Shown here: piece after piece, positions 53,580 through 64,000 of the stretch
Layout: the number at the start of each line of letters is the position of its first letter
Numbering within the stretch: position 1 is the stretch's first letter
Made by a program: the position numbers and the translations under genes
Source of the DNA: Ruditapes philippinarum
Lineage: Eukaryota
DNA length: 64,000 nucleotides
Reading direction: 5' to 3'
Assembly (NCBI RefSeq): GCF_026571515.1
Contig: NW_026857848.1
Span: 1 to 64,000, forward strand
The notes under the pieces: model-generated
The model's database searches: none
What the model was told of the DNA's origin: nothing
What the model saw: only the letters and a program-made list of their open reading frames with translations

Positions 53580-56500
53580 GAGCAAATGTTTATAAAAGAT
53601 ACAATAAGATAACCCACATTAGATATATGTAACTCAATGTTTTTGTTGTTGAGAAATTTAACAATACGGTTATCTTTAACCGGATGTTTAGGAGAATTGT
53701 TTTTCTCATTTATGGGAAACGAAATATTTTAATTGGCGACAAATGGTCAATAACAGCAAAGAAATTTGTATCAAATTTCCAGCCTTAACATCTGAGCGAT
53801 TGATCTTTTGTCGTAAAACTATTTTATTTCAACGAAGATTTGTGGTAAAAATCAATTTTTAAAGGGTGTTAAATATCACTTGTGAGATATGTAGCCGAAC
53901 TTATTGTTCTACGAGTTCAAATATTTCATGCTTAAGCAATATGTAACCTCTAACATCAAAATAAATCTCAAAATGTAGCTTTAGATGTCAAAATATATTG
54001 ATAACGACGTTATTATACAAGGATTTTAAACATGATACACAATTTGCCCGTACCTTAATTACAATTCCACAAAATAGTTTTATTCAAATTGTTTCAGAGA
54101 GTGAAGAAACATGAATATTGCAAATACGGTAAACAGAACAAAAACGGTCCATAACCATGTCTTTCTTAATTTTACAATTGTACGCTTTTGGGTTGGACCA
54201 CATTCAAATTAGTTTTACTCGACGCATACGTGGCTAGATTCTATCAAATTATCTTAAAAACATTTACAAACATTTAAACATTTTGTCTTATATATTATTT
54301 TGTAGGATTCTTAACATGATTAATATTTTGCTCTACTTTTTCTTCTACCTACTTATAACGCCTAAATATGAACATTTCAGACAGTCTATTTTGCATAAAC
54401 AGTCCATAGAAACGTTGACGTTACGCATACCAGACGACTTACTTAGACGCTAATAAGACAAAAAACAAAACAAAAAGCAAACAACATCTTAAACAGCTGT
54501 AGTCGCTACCACGTCGCCTTTTTGAGCCGTTTAATCAAATCGTTTACTTTTTTTCTCAATGGCATCTAACGATTATATAAACAAGTATTTTTTCCTATTC
54601 CAGACAACCAAAATAAAACATAAAGTTAACAGTAAAAAAAATTATAATCTGAATTGAAAGTGTATTACGTGTTATTAAAGACTTATTATGCTAAAGGAAT
54701 ACTTTTAGTTTTATTTCTCAAACGATTTTTATTAGTATTATAGTCTTGTTATGGTTTCCAAAAAAATTCTCATTGGCTAGTGACAATATCCATAATTTGC
54801 TGCTGTTGCATTTTGACAATTTGTACAGTTACACTGATTTAGTAGTTTTGCATTGAAGTAAAAGTACTACTTTGTTATCATTTTACAACTTTTATTACAA
54901 ATAATTTCACATTACGTTCTGCTTTCTTCAGGTAATTAGCATCTGACATGCTCTAAAACCATAATTCAATCAATCATTATAAAACCCATGCTTGACTTTT
55001 CTAATAATGGATAAGACAATTTGCTTCTGAGACATAATGTGTTTTTTATTCAATATTAAAACTTGTCTATTTTGCCAACTCTAAAATGATTATGAGAACT
55101 GAGAAGTATCAAAAATTCTTACTGCTATGAAAATAAGTTTTAAACATTTAATTTAATTTTATAACAAAGTGTTATTTGTACATGTATATCTGTATCCATA
55201 TAATGTTTTCTTTTGTATTATTGAAACAAGACATTTCTAGTAAGTTTTAAAGTAGTGTAAACAAAAGATCTTACACACTAGATATAAAGACAGGACTATG
55301 ATACTGATTTTCAGTAAGCCTGATAATATATATTTCTTGGACAAATTTAACGTCTTCAGTCCGAGATATGTTACAGAGATATCAAGTAACGTCAAACTTG
55401 TCAGTCACAATCGCATCGTTTCATAAAATGACGTCACTCATTTCTTTCACGTATTAATATATCTTTTGATATATATGTACTGTAGCAAAATTTCAACTGG
55501 TTATGAGTGTCACGTGACTTATTATGCGTTTGTGGCAAAATTAAAGACATTAACAGTAATGAGTATTTAAGTACATCTGCGTTTTCTTTAAACGATTGTT
55601 TTGATACTGATATGCATGATTTATTGGCGTCCGCGCCGAAGCGCGACGTCCCTTATGGAATGAAATCAGATTTTGTGAAAGGGCAAATGCAACTTCTCGG
55701 GCCTTTTCGTCGGCCATAATAGCTGAACATTCCGATTGGTATGAGGGTGTTTGATTATCAAAAATGAAATGTCGCGATATGTACAATGAATAGCGAGCTG
55801 GATAATTTCGCAATGTAAACATATTCAAATGATCTTATCTTATAAATGTCTAAAATGAGTTTGAATGTAATTCATACTTGAAATAACGTTTCTTCACAAG
55901 TTTTCAGCTAAATTAAAACATAGCAAACTATCCAAAACACTTGCACAGTACAAATTTGTTTTTCGTCTGGGAAATATTATTTTCTAAGCCAATTAAACCT
56001 TGTATAATATCATATCCTACATATAATGTGCATGATTCTATTTTATAGATTGATAATAAATCACGGAATTTATTCTGATATGCTTTTGATCAGCATTTTC
56101 CTTTTAAAATTCTACGCATTTGGAATGAAATCCAATTCGTTTCAATACCAAAATACGCCATTCAAGAATGCGCGCAAAAATACTGGGATAAGATCTTTTC
56201 AAATTACTTCATTTCTTAAAATGTATCAGACAAAGATTTTGAATCCCTTGACTAGTGCAAGTGTAGGCTGAAGCAGTCGTTTCCTTTATCGTTAACAATC
56301 TTGTAATCTGTTACAATTATTGTCAAAGAATAGATAAAATCCTCTGGGAGCGTTTTGCATTTATCTTTCATTTGTCTTATACTGACTTTTTTAATCAAAT
56401 AGATAGAGGAGCGAATTCTTTTTTATTGTAATAACGTACATTTTTATATAGCTTACTCATGCGGGAATTTCGTCTGTTATTAACGGCTAGACTTAAGCTA

Positions 56501-57162
56501 TCAATTACAGCTAAATAACATTTGTGTTAGTTATCTCTTGTTATTTTATAATTGTAAGCAGCAAATGTTTATACAAATAAAAATTCTTAAAAGGATTATT
56601 CTTTAGACAATTACAATCTAATTTGAGCAAAGAAAATAGTTCATTGTGTGTGTTTTTGTTCCATGAGACCCTGACTATATTCAAAAAACTTAAATTAAAT
56701 GCAAAAATTACATCGAACAGCGTACTGTGATAACACTTCTATTTTGTTTAGAATTGTTTATGCCAACGAATGCCTACACGTCATATGACAGTCGGTATGA
56801 CGTCAATAAACCAAATGACGTCAGGAAAATTACTTCTACGCTCAATACAGTTCAACATATTTTTATCAATTATGTTTTGCATGTTGAAAAGAAAACTGAT
56901 ATTATTTTTCCTTGCATCACTACATAATAATAATTCACAGTCTATCTTTCATACGCTGCGTTATCAATCACACATGCCTATTGACCTTTTTGATTATATT
57001 CCTGCGCATTTGAACTCGAACTGTGCATTATTCTACAACAATGCACTGAAAATTGATATCTATTTCCCAAATATATCAATCATGTTTAATGTATTTTAGC
57101 ATTTAATAACGAAATTATGTATAGTTGGTCTTCCTGGAACAAGGGCATACATAAATCATGTT

Positions 57163-57384
57163 TTTAGTGGCGGCATGGCCGAGTGGTTAACGTGTCGGAC
57201 TAGTAATCTAATGATCGCTAGCCGCATGGGTTCAAACCCCGTCAGGGGCAAGTCGTTGTTTCCTTGAGCAAGAAACTTTACACTCATTGCTCAGTACTGG
57301 TTGGTTCCAGGAACGGATTCGAAAGTGTGTCTATAAGCTTATAGCTTCCTACACAATCGAACTAAAATAAATTCTGTATAAACC
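57163..57384 (+). mobile_element. tRNA-derived SINE (CORE-like body), full length with target-site duplication
   Basis: Box A TGGCCGAGTGG, box B GGTTCAAACCC, CORE-like tccttgagcaagaaactttac...ctcagtac. 10-bp TSD aaatcatgtt at 57153-57162 and 57385-57394. Confidence 0.88.
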
Positions 57385-57729
57385 AAATCATGTTGAAGAT
57401 CTTTTTTAAGGAGGTAAATTTAAAACCTGTTTTATCATAGATTTGATGGAAATGTCGTCTGCGTACTTATTGAGGAAGTAACTTTCAAACGTGAGCATTA
57501 TTTTCGTTACATATTTGAGCGTATTCGTTTTCTCTCGTAACGACAGCTTTGGAAACTAAGTTAATTGAATGTCACACGCAATGATTGGAATATTGTCCCC
57601 TGTCGCCCCCATCAAACCGCAATCTTTTGACATAACTTGACATTACTTACTCAGAAAAAGTACAGGACATTTTAAAGATAATTGCCTGACATACATGTGC
57701 ATGCATCAGACTTTAAGATGTGAGTAAGG

Positions 57730-57764
<35 letters not shown>

Positions 57765-57787
57765 AATCATAATCATCATCATCATCA
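57730..57787. repeat. (ATC)n microsatellite
   Basis: Direct inspection. Confidence 0.9.
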
Positions 57788-57977
57788 AATCTAGTAATGA
57801 CACGAAGTCGATTTTTTTAATGTTTCAATGTATATGATAGAATTGTAACATTTCAGATACTTTACAATAGCTAGTCATGCATTATTTCTTTGAGAACTAC
57901 TTGTCAACAATGTCGACTGATACGAACGTGCTTTTCATGGTACACAGAAAAACCAATTATTGGCATCTGCGTTATAC

Positions 57978-58390
57978 ATAAAAAATCAGGAAACAAAGTG
58001 ATCCCTCGAAAGCATTAATCACAACAAAATTACAAGAGAATTGCTGATTCGGTTTGATTAAGTCTGTACATGAGGGATAATGAATACGTGCAACATCCCT
58101 CACAACCCCTAGCACCGGCTTCAGCGGTACTCAATTCTTAATGAACAATAATCAGCACTTAATAGTGCTGGCATAAATGATCCCGAAGGACCGGAAAAAT
58201 ACAACAACACTGAAGTGAAGTACGGGGCAACTTTTACAGTTGCCACACAGCACTTGACACCTGCTGTTGTGAAGTATAAAAATCTGGAAAGAAAGTGATC
58301 CTTCGGAAGCATTAATCACAACAAAATTACAAGAGAATTGCAGACTCGGCTTGATTGAGTCTGTGCATGAGGGATAATGAATACGTGCAA
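57978..58390 (+). repeat. Dispersed repeat family, about 297-bp unit (1.4 tandem copies)
   Basis: aaagtgatcc...gaagcattaatcacaacaaaattacaagagaattgc repeats at 57995 and 58292. Homologous to 39027-39280. Confidence 0.8.
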
Positions 58391-60027
58391 AAAACAAAAT
58401 AATTTTGAATAGAAAGGCATCTCTGTCAACAGGCGATGTATCCATTTTAGTTTAAACATAATTGTTGAATGCAATGAACATTTGGCAGTCTATAACTAGA
58501 TATGTAATTAGTGGCATTGTATCACAGAATTTCTACAAATATAAATGAAAAAGATCCTAAATGTCTAGAGAGCAATTATGTTCTTATATTTGTAATCCCC
58601 AAAAGTACACGATATAAAGTTAACATTCTGTAAATGTATTGTTTAATTAGCTTTCATAATTTACGTAATGTCGCTATTTATCTCATTTCGTTTTCTTTAA
58701 GATATAACGCTAATAAAACTAAAAGCTTACTAATGGATTTGAAACACTGATTATTGATGAATGGCTTTTAGAATTGATTGCTGGTGTAACTTCTGTCTCT
58801 TTTAATATGCTCATTGTAAATCGTTTTAGAGCATATGTAATCTCAAGAAAACAAGAAGGAGCAAAACTCTCCTGTCAACCGATGTTCCCTACAACCAGTT
58901 TAGTAAATCTAAGCTTTTACAAAGTTAATTATGCGCAATTAAGACTATATGACTGAACAACATTTAAAACGTGGCTAAAATTGGCAACCAATTTTATTGT
59001 TAGACAAAAATACATTAAATCCAAAAAGGAGAAGCAAAAGCAAAAGAAACAAAACAACGAAAAACAATCATAAAAATATAAACAAACAAACAAACAAACA
59101 AAACAAAACAAAACCACCACATGCCATTTATTGGCAATACTTTGAAAAAAACCCTTACGTGACAAAAATATACTTATTAATAAGAAAGATAAACGAGTAC
59201 TGTCGAAAGAAGGCGAGATTTATTTAAATACTACCGACATTTGTTGATATTAATCAATCCATATGGGTTCGTAATTATTTGCTTTAAATGTACAAACTAT
59301 TGTGATCTTAATAAAAGTTATGAAGCAGTTATAAGTTTCTATTTATGTATTTCAGTTTGCTATTTTCTCTGAAGATATTCATAAAGTAAGCGAGACTAAC
59401 CGTTTAAATCGTACAAATATATTTTCTGCTTATATTTTCTCCTCACTGAAAACAGTCTACATGTATTTTCTTATAGATTGTCAACGCATAGCAAAATTTA
59501 AGCTGGATTTACATTATTTTGGATATCAACAAATTAATAGTGTAAAGAAAATTATTTTAAACGTATCTTTTTAAGTTGAATTATGAAAAATAATTCTTAC
59601 TTTACTTACTTTAAAGGTCATATTTGGTGAAAAAATGAAAAACCTTTCAAAAGTGATAAATAAGCTCTAAAGAATTATTAAAATCTGATAATAGCATCGT
59701 TTCACACTGAAAAACGTTTTTTGGTAACTTAAATAGCACTTTTATGAAAAGAAATTGGATCCCCTCGCTAAGCTTACATTGATTACCTCCCTTGTCTATT
59801 TGACCGTGTGACGTCACTAGTGAACACTTCCTGTCTAAACAATAATAACACGCGTATATGCCATACACTTTTAGTTGCTTTGTAATCGAGTTTTCTTCGT
59901 TTATATTTGTTTATTTTTATCACTTTCTTTAAGGATTATACATTTTGTGTCTGTTTTTGAATATTGTGACATAATTCTTTGAAAAATCGTCCGTGGAACT
60001 TATTCGATATTTTGACGCTAAGCCACC

Positions 60028-60383
60028 ATGGTTGTGTGTGCTGCTTTCGGGTGTTATTCTCGGTCTGGGAGAGATAAAGTAAGTTTTTTTTACCTTTCCC
60101 ACAAATAAGACATTGAGGCAGACGTGCTCTGAAAGACTCAGGAAAAGTGATAAAAAGTTTAGAACGTGTTTATGTACCAAATATGTACAGCAGACTTTGC
60201 TCTAAGCACTTTGAGCAGTCGGCCTTTAAGAAAAGTCCTCTAGTATTGAGAAGTGTTGGATGTGGCGACGGTTTCAGACCGCAACTAAAAAGAGATGCCC
60301 TACCAACAATTTTTGAGCACCAAAGGCCCGAGAAAAAGAGACAATCTGCCCAGTCAATCGCATCAAAAAGAATAAAGATAGAA
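60028..60383 (+). pseudogene. THAP zinc-finger domain exon with two frameshifts (probable DNA transposase relic)
   Basis: GCCACCATGG start, MVVCAAFGC...SFF/TFP...LRQ, then ...PNMYSRLCSKHFEQSAF...LKRDALPTIF: the C2CH THAP signature plus an AVPTIF-like box. The frame breaks in the T8 run (60084-60091) and again near 60125-60146. Donor gaa|gtaagt at 60384. Confidence 0.8.
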
Positions 60384-60531
60384 GTAAGTATACTAAAATA
60401 AAGCTAATGTATTCTGCACTAAAACAAAATTGAAAGGGATTTTCAGTCCCAGTTCAAGAGTTGTTGTTTTTACGGCCATAAAGGGGGATTTATTTTTGAC
60501 CTATAATGGGGGATTTTTATTATCACCTAAA

Positions 60532-60675
60532 ATATGAGCCGTGTCACGACAAAACCAACATAGTGGGTTTGCGACCAGCATGAATCCAGACCAGCCTGCG
60601 CATCCGCGCAGGCTGGTTTGGAACCATGCTGGTCGCAAACCCATTATGTTGGTTTTGTCGTGACGCGGCTCATAT
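60532..60675. mobile_element. Fully palindromic MITE (about 144 bp)
   Basis: atatgagccgtgtcacgacaaaaccaacat...atgttggttttgtcgtgacgcggctcatat; the arms pair over almost the whole length. Confidence 0.88.
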
Positions 60676-60728
60676 GTATTTGGCGAATACAATATAGAGT
60701 GCACTCTATGACTAGATACTGTAGTCAC

Positions 60729-60920
60729 CAGGCCCTGTGGAAGCGTATTCAGATTCTGGGGGGGGGGGGGGGGGCTACTTATATAGCTATAGACTACCAA
60801 AATTGTCGTTAAAATCGAGCCGATATTTAAATCACTATTAATGATGTTGTCTTATTGCCAAAATTATTGGGGGGGGGGTGGCTAAGCCCTACTAGCCCCC
60901 CCCCCGTTCCTACGGGCCTG
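60729..60920. mobile_element. MITE with CAGG...CCTG termini and poly-G/poly-C subtermini (hAT-like)
   Basis: caggccctgtggaa ... ttcctacgggcctg imperfect TIRs. No clean 8-bp TSD. Confidence 0.65.
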
Positions 60921-61477
60921 GTCGCATAATTTTACCACTATCCATGCTTATGTGGCCTGTTAACTAAGGTCTTCAGTCTACAATGTAAGAAATTAGGATT
61001 TTAATCGACAAGGCTGGTCGGACTACCAGATTGGAATATTCACTAGCCAAACAGACATTTCACTAGCACGATTCATTTGTTCTAAACAGTTGTTTATATT
61101 GCCAAAAAGAAACAACATGCTGAAAATAATTTTTATCATGCAAATAACACTGACTCATTTATATACAGAAAAGGTATATGTATGATAAGGGAGAAGTAAG
61201 AATATTATAATAAATTGAAATCAGAACACCTTGTATTTTTGATTAGTGAATGTTGATGGCTCCAGTCCGATCTGGCACTTATTGTGGACCTCAGTAGTTA
61301 AAGCTGCCTCTAATCCCACCCAATTATTTCAATTTGGTAACCAAGCAAAGTATTTTATATTAGGCACTGAAAAAAATTATGAACCAAAAAGCTTAACCGG
61401 AAAAGTAAGGCAATTATCTAGTAATTGTTGATATATTCAGCCAGAGTACCATCTAATATCGCTATGCTAGCTTTCTT

Positions 61478-62829
61478 ATAGAAAATATATGGTTGATGTC
61501 GGGATGGAGAAGGTTTATCCGGTAAGCGAGAAAGTGTATCTTGGCGAGCTTTAGACCATGTATTTGATTTATCCTGCTTTAATCATGTTTTTAGAATAAT
61601 TAGATGGTTTCATTCTTCTTTTTCCCCGATAGAATAGCATCTATATGTAGTTTTGTTTTGCTGCTAAACACGTGGCGTAATCATATGACGTAATGACTGG
61701 AGATAGATAAGTTTATCCAGCAAGGCTTTATCCAGCTGATGATATAGACAGTAGCAGGATAAACTCAGTTTCTTAACTGAATTACATGACAATTTGAACA
61801 CGCGCATTAGGAAAATCAAGATAGTTACGTTAAGATGCTAGATTAACACAAAATACTTAAGCTGATAAAAGCCTAATTGACATTGACCCTTAGTTTAATA
61901 TTTCATAATAACCAGAACACAAAGGCTACTAGCAGCACCAAACCAAATTTCTCAACACAGATATAAACTTTATTATTGAAATTGCTCTAATATTTACCAC
62001 AACTATAAATCAAGGGTCCTTGCTATTGTTGCAAGACACGATGCTACAAAATATATTTGCCACATATTTCATATATATAGAAATACACCGTTTAATTTCG
62101 ACTTGCAAATTGCAAGTTTAAGTACAAGATTTATTTTCCTAGCATGCTTGTTAGAAATTGTAAGTTGTTAAAAAGTGCATATGCCTTAATATAAATACAT
62201 ACAAATGAAGAAAAAGCGAGTTTAGTAGTTTGTTGGAAATGCTAAAGGAACATCATATTATAATTAAGCTGTTGCAAATAAACTACGTGTCAAGTAGGGC
62301 TTACTTCAGTCATAAATAAGAATTAGTGAAATATTTTGAGGTTTTCATTTTTCTACGTTTTTCATCTTAAAGCTTTAAATCATTTGTTACAACAATCTAT
62401 GATAAATCCCAGCATTGTAAACCGTAACGTTTTCAGGACATATTTTACAAAATTTTACTTTCATATCTCCTCCAATTCAGTGTCTTTTATCCTGCTACTG
62501 TCTATTTCATCAGCTGGATAAAGCCCTGCCGGATAAACTTATCTATCTCCAGTCATTACGTCATATGATGACGTCACATGGTTAGCAGCAAAACAAAATA
62601 TTACATATAGATGCTATTTTAACGGGGAAAAGTAAGAATTAAACCATTTAATTAATCTAAAACATGATTAAAAGCAGGATAAGCCAAATACATGGTTGAT
62701 GTCGGGATGGGGAAGGTTTATCCGGTTCGCTGCGAAAGTAAATCTTGGCTCGCTAAAGATGGCCAAGATACACTTTCTCGCTCACCGGATAAACCTTCTC
62801 CATCCCGACATCAACCATGTATTCTCTAT
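61478..62829. mobile_element. Non-autonomous element with about 285-bp inverted ends (fold-back/MITE-like)
   Basis: 61478-61763 is the reverse complement of about 62486-62829. The right end carries an extra internal palindrome (62686-62829). No ORF of substance inside. Confidence 0.8.
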
Positions 62830-64000
62830 TTATTATTATCTAATTTTGATTTTAAATCAATCATTTTGGCGCGTTTTGCTAGTTTCCTATTACTCACCAT
62901 TGTTGAATTAAACGTAATAGGCAATAAATTACTTATTTTCATTCATCCGCCTTCATCATTAACTAAAACGTAATTATCAATTAATTTACTCATTCTTTCA
63001 TTCATCTTGTTATTTTATATAGTTAATAATTTGTTCTTTGAAAGCTATTGGGGTTATAGAATACATACTGATATGAAATCACAAACTGGTTGAAAATATG
63101 TAGGAAATGTAAGTGTAAACATTTCATTTTTAGAATTAATGTAAATTATATTGATAGACAGTTTTATTTTTCTTGGAAGTTTGTTAGTTGTTACACGCAG
63201 ATATCATAGCTACGTACATTGTTAAAACATTATCAATTAATATATACTTTAATCTTTTTTAATATTTCATTGATCACACATAACAGCTACTCTTCCATTA
63301 ACATGTCGATGTGCTTTAAGTGATGCAAACGCAATTGGCATTTATTTAAATTTTATGAATTTTTGTCAAACTCTTCTAAACATACTTTTTCTGAATTATA
63401 TTGTCAACGTTTTTTTTTAATTAAAACTGATATTGCTTCATAAAGAACCTTTTTAGTTAGCCTGAATGTCAACGTCAGAATAACAAGTCTCTTAGTGCAA
63501 ATTATGACTATTTAGTCTTGAAAAGAATTTTTAATGACGTAGAATTGTCGTAAAACTGAAATAAAAAACTGTAGAAAGTTTGACAGGATGAATTTAGAAT
63601 GTATCTTTGTCATCAATAATAAATGTTTTTATTATTTTAAATGTGTCTTAACAATTATTGTCAAACTGTAATATTGATTTAATTAAATATAATTCCATAG
63701 TCGAAACACAGTTCTATTTTTTTCATAAATATTCCAACCATTATTTAGTTGATGTATTGGTTAGATTTTGCTAAAATAATACTGTGTCAATCAGTTTACT
63801 TGTAGTTTGTACAGTCTTTAGATTCATAATGTTTTGTTATTACATTCTTGTATCTTCAATTTGACTTCTATAAAGTCCCATTTAATCACAAAAGTGTTGC
63901 TATTTTAATTTTGTCAAAAGCATGAGAGGGACACTCGGAAAATCCTCTTTTATTCTGGAAGCAGATGTAAGTATCATTTCCAAATTATGAAGACATGTTT

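Noticed and set aside
57168-57250. tRNA gene
   Set aside because: It continues into a SINE body, is bounded by a TSD and has a degenerate second copy; it is a SINE head.
60079-60146. Small intron rescuing the THAP frame (donor GTAAGT at 60079)
   Set aside because: No AG in this interval restores the downstream frame, and splicing would delete the THAP SFFxFP motif; frameshift decay is more parsimonious.
63921-63972. Possible plus-strand exon ending gat|gtaagt
   Set aside because: It is short, has a weak acceptor and encodes no recognisable peptide; it cannot be evaluated at the window edge.

Overview
This is an AT-rich eukaryotic (animal) genomic window. Its repeat landscape resembles a bivalve mollusc, which is an inference. 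About 49 kb (1408-50632, minus strand) is occupied by one intact 21-coding-exon gene for a single-pass receptor guanylate cyclase of about 1183 aa. The domain order is signal peptide, ANF-receptor ligand-binding domain, TM helix, kinase-homology domain, coiled-coil hinge, class III cyclase and a long C-tail. I rebuilt all exons by hand; every intron is GT-AG and all phases are compatible. By recalled motifs the protein looks most like the insect CG10738/BdmGC-1 (eclosion-hormone receptor) clade, which pipelines often label 'guanylate cyclase 32E-like'. Introns and the upstream region are dense in SINEs, MITEs, a tandem Helentron-like (HINE/DINE-type) dimer and minisatellites. Two of the minisatellites are built from copies of the adjacent splice junction. 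A frameshifted THAP-domain ORF (probable transposase relic) lies at about 60.0-60.4 kb on the plus strand. There is one 131-N assembly gap. Most entries in the ORF track are spurious or are exon fragments running into introns.
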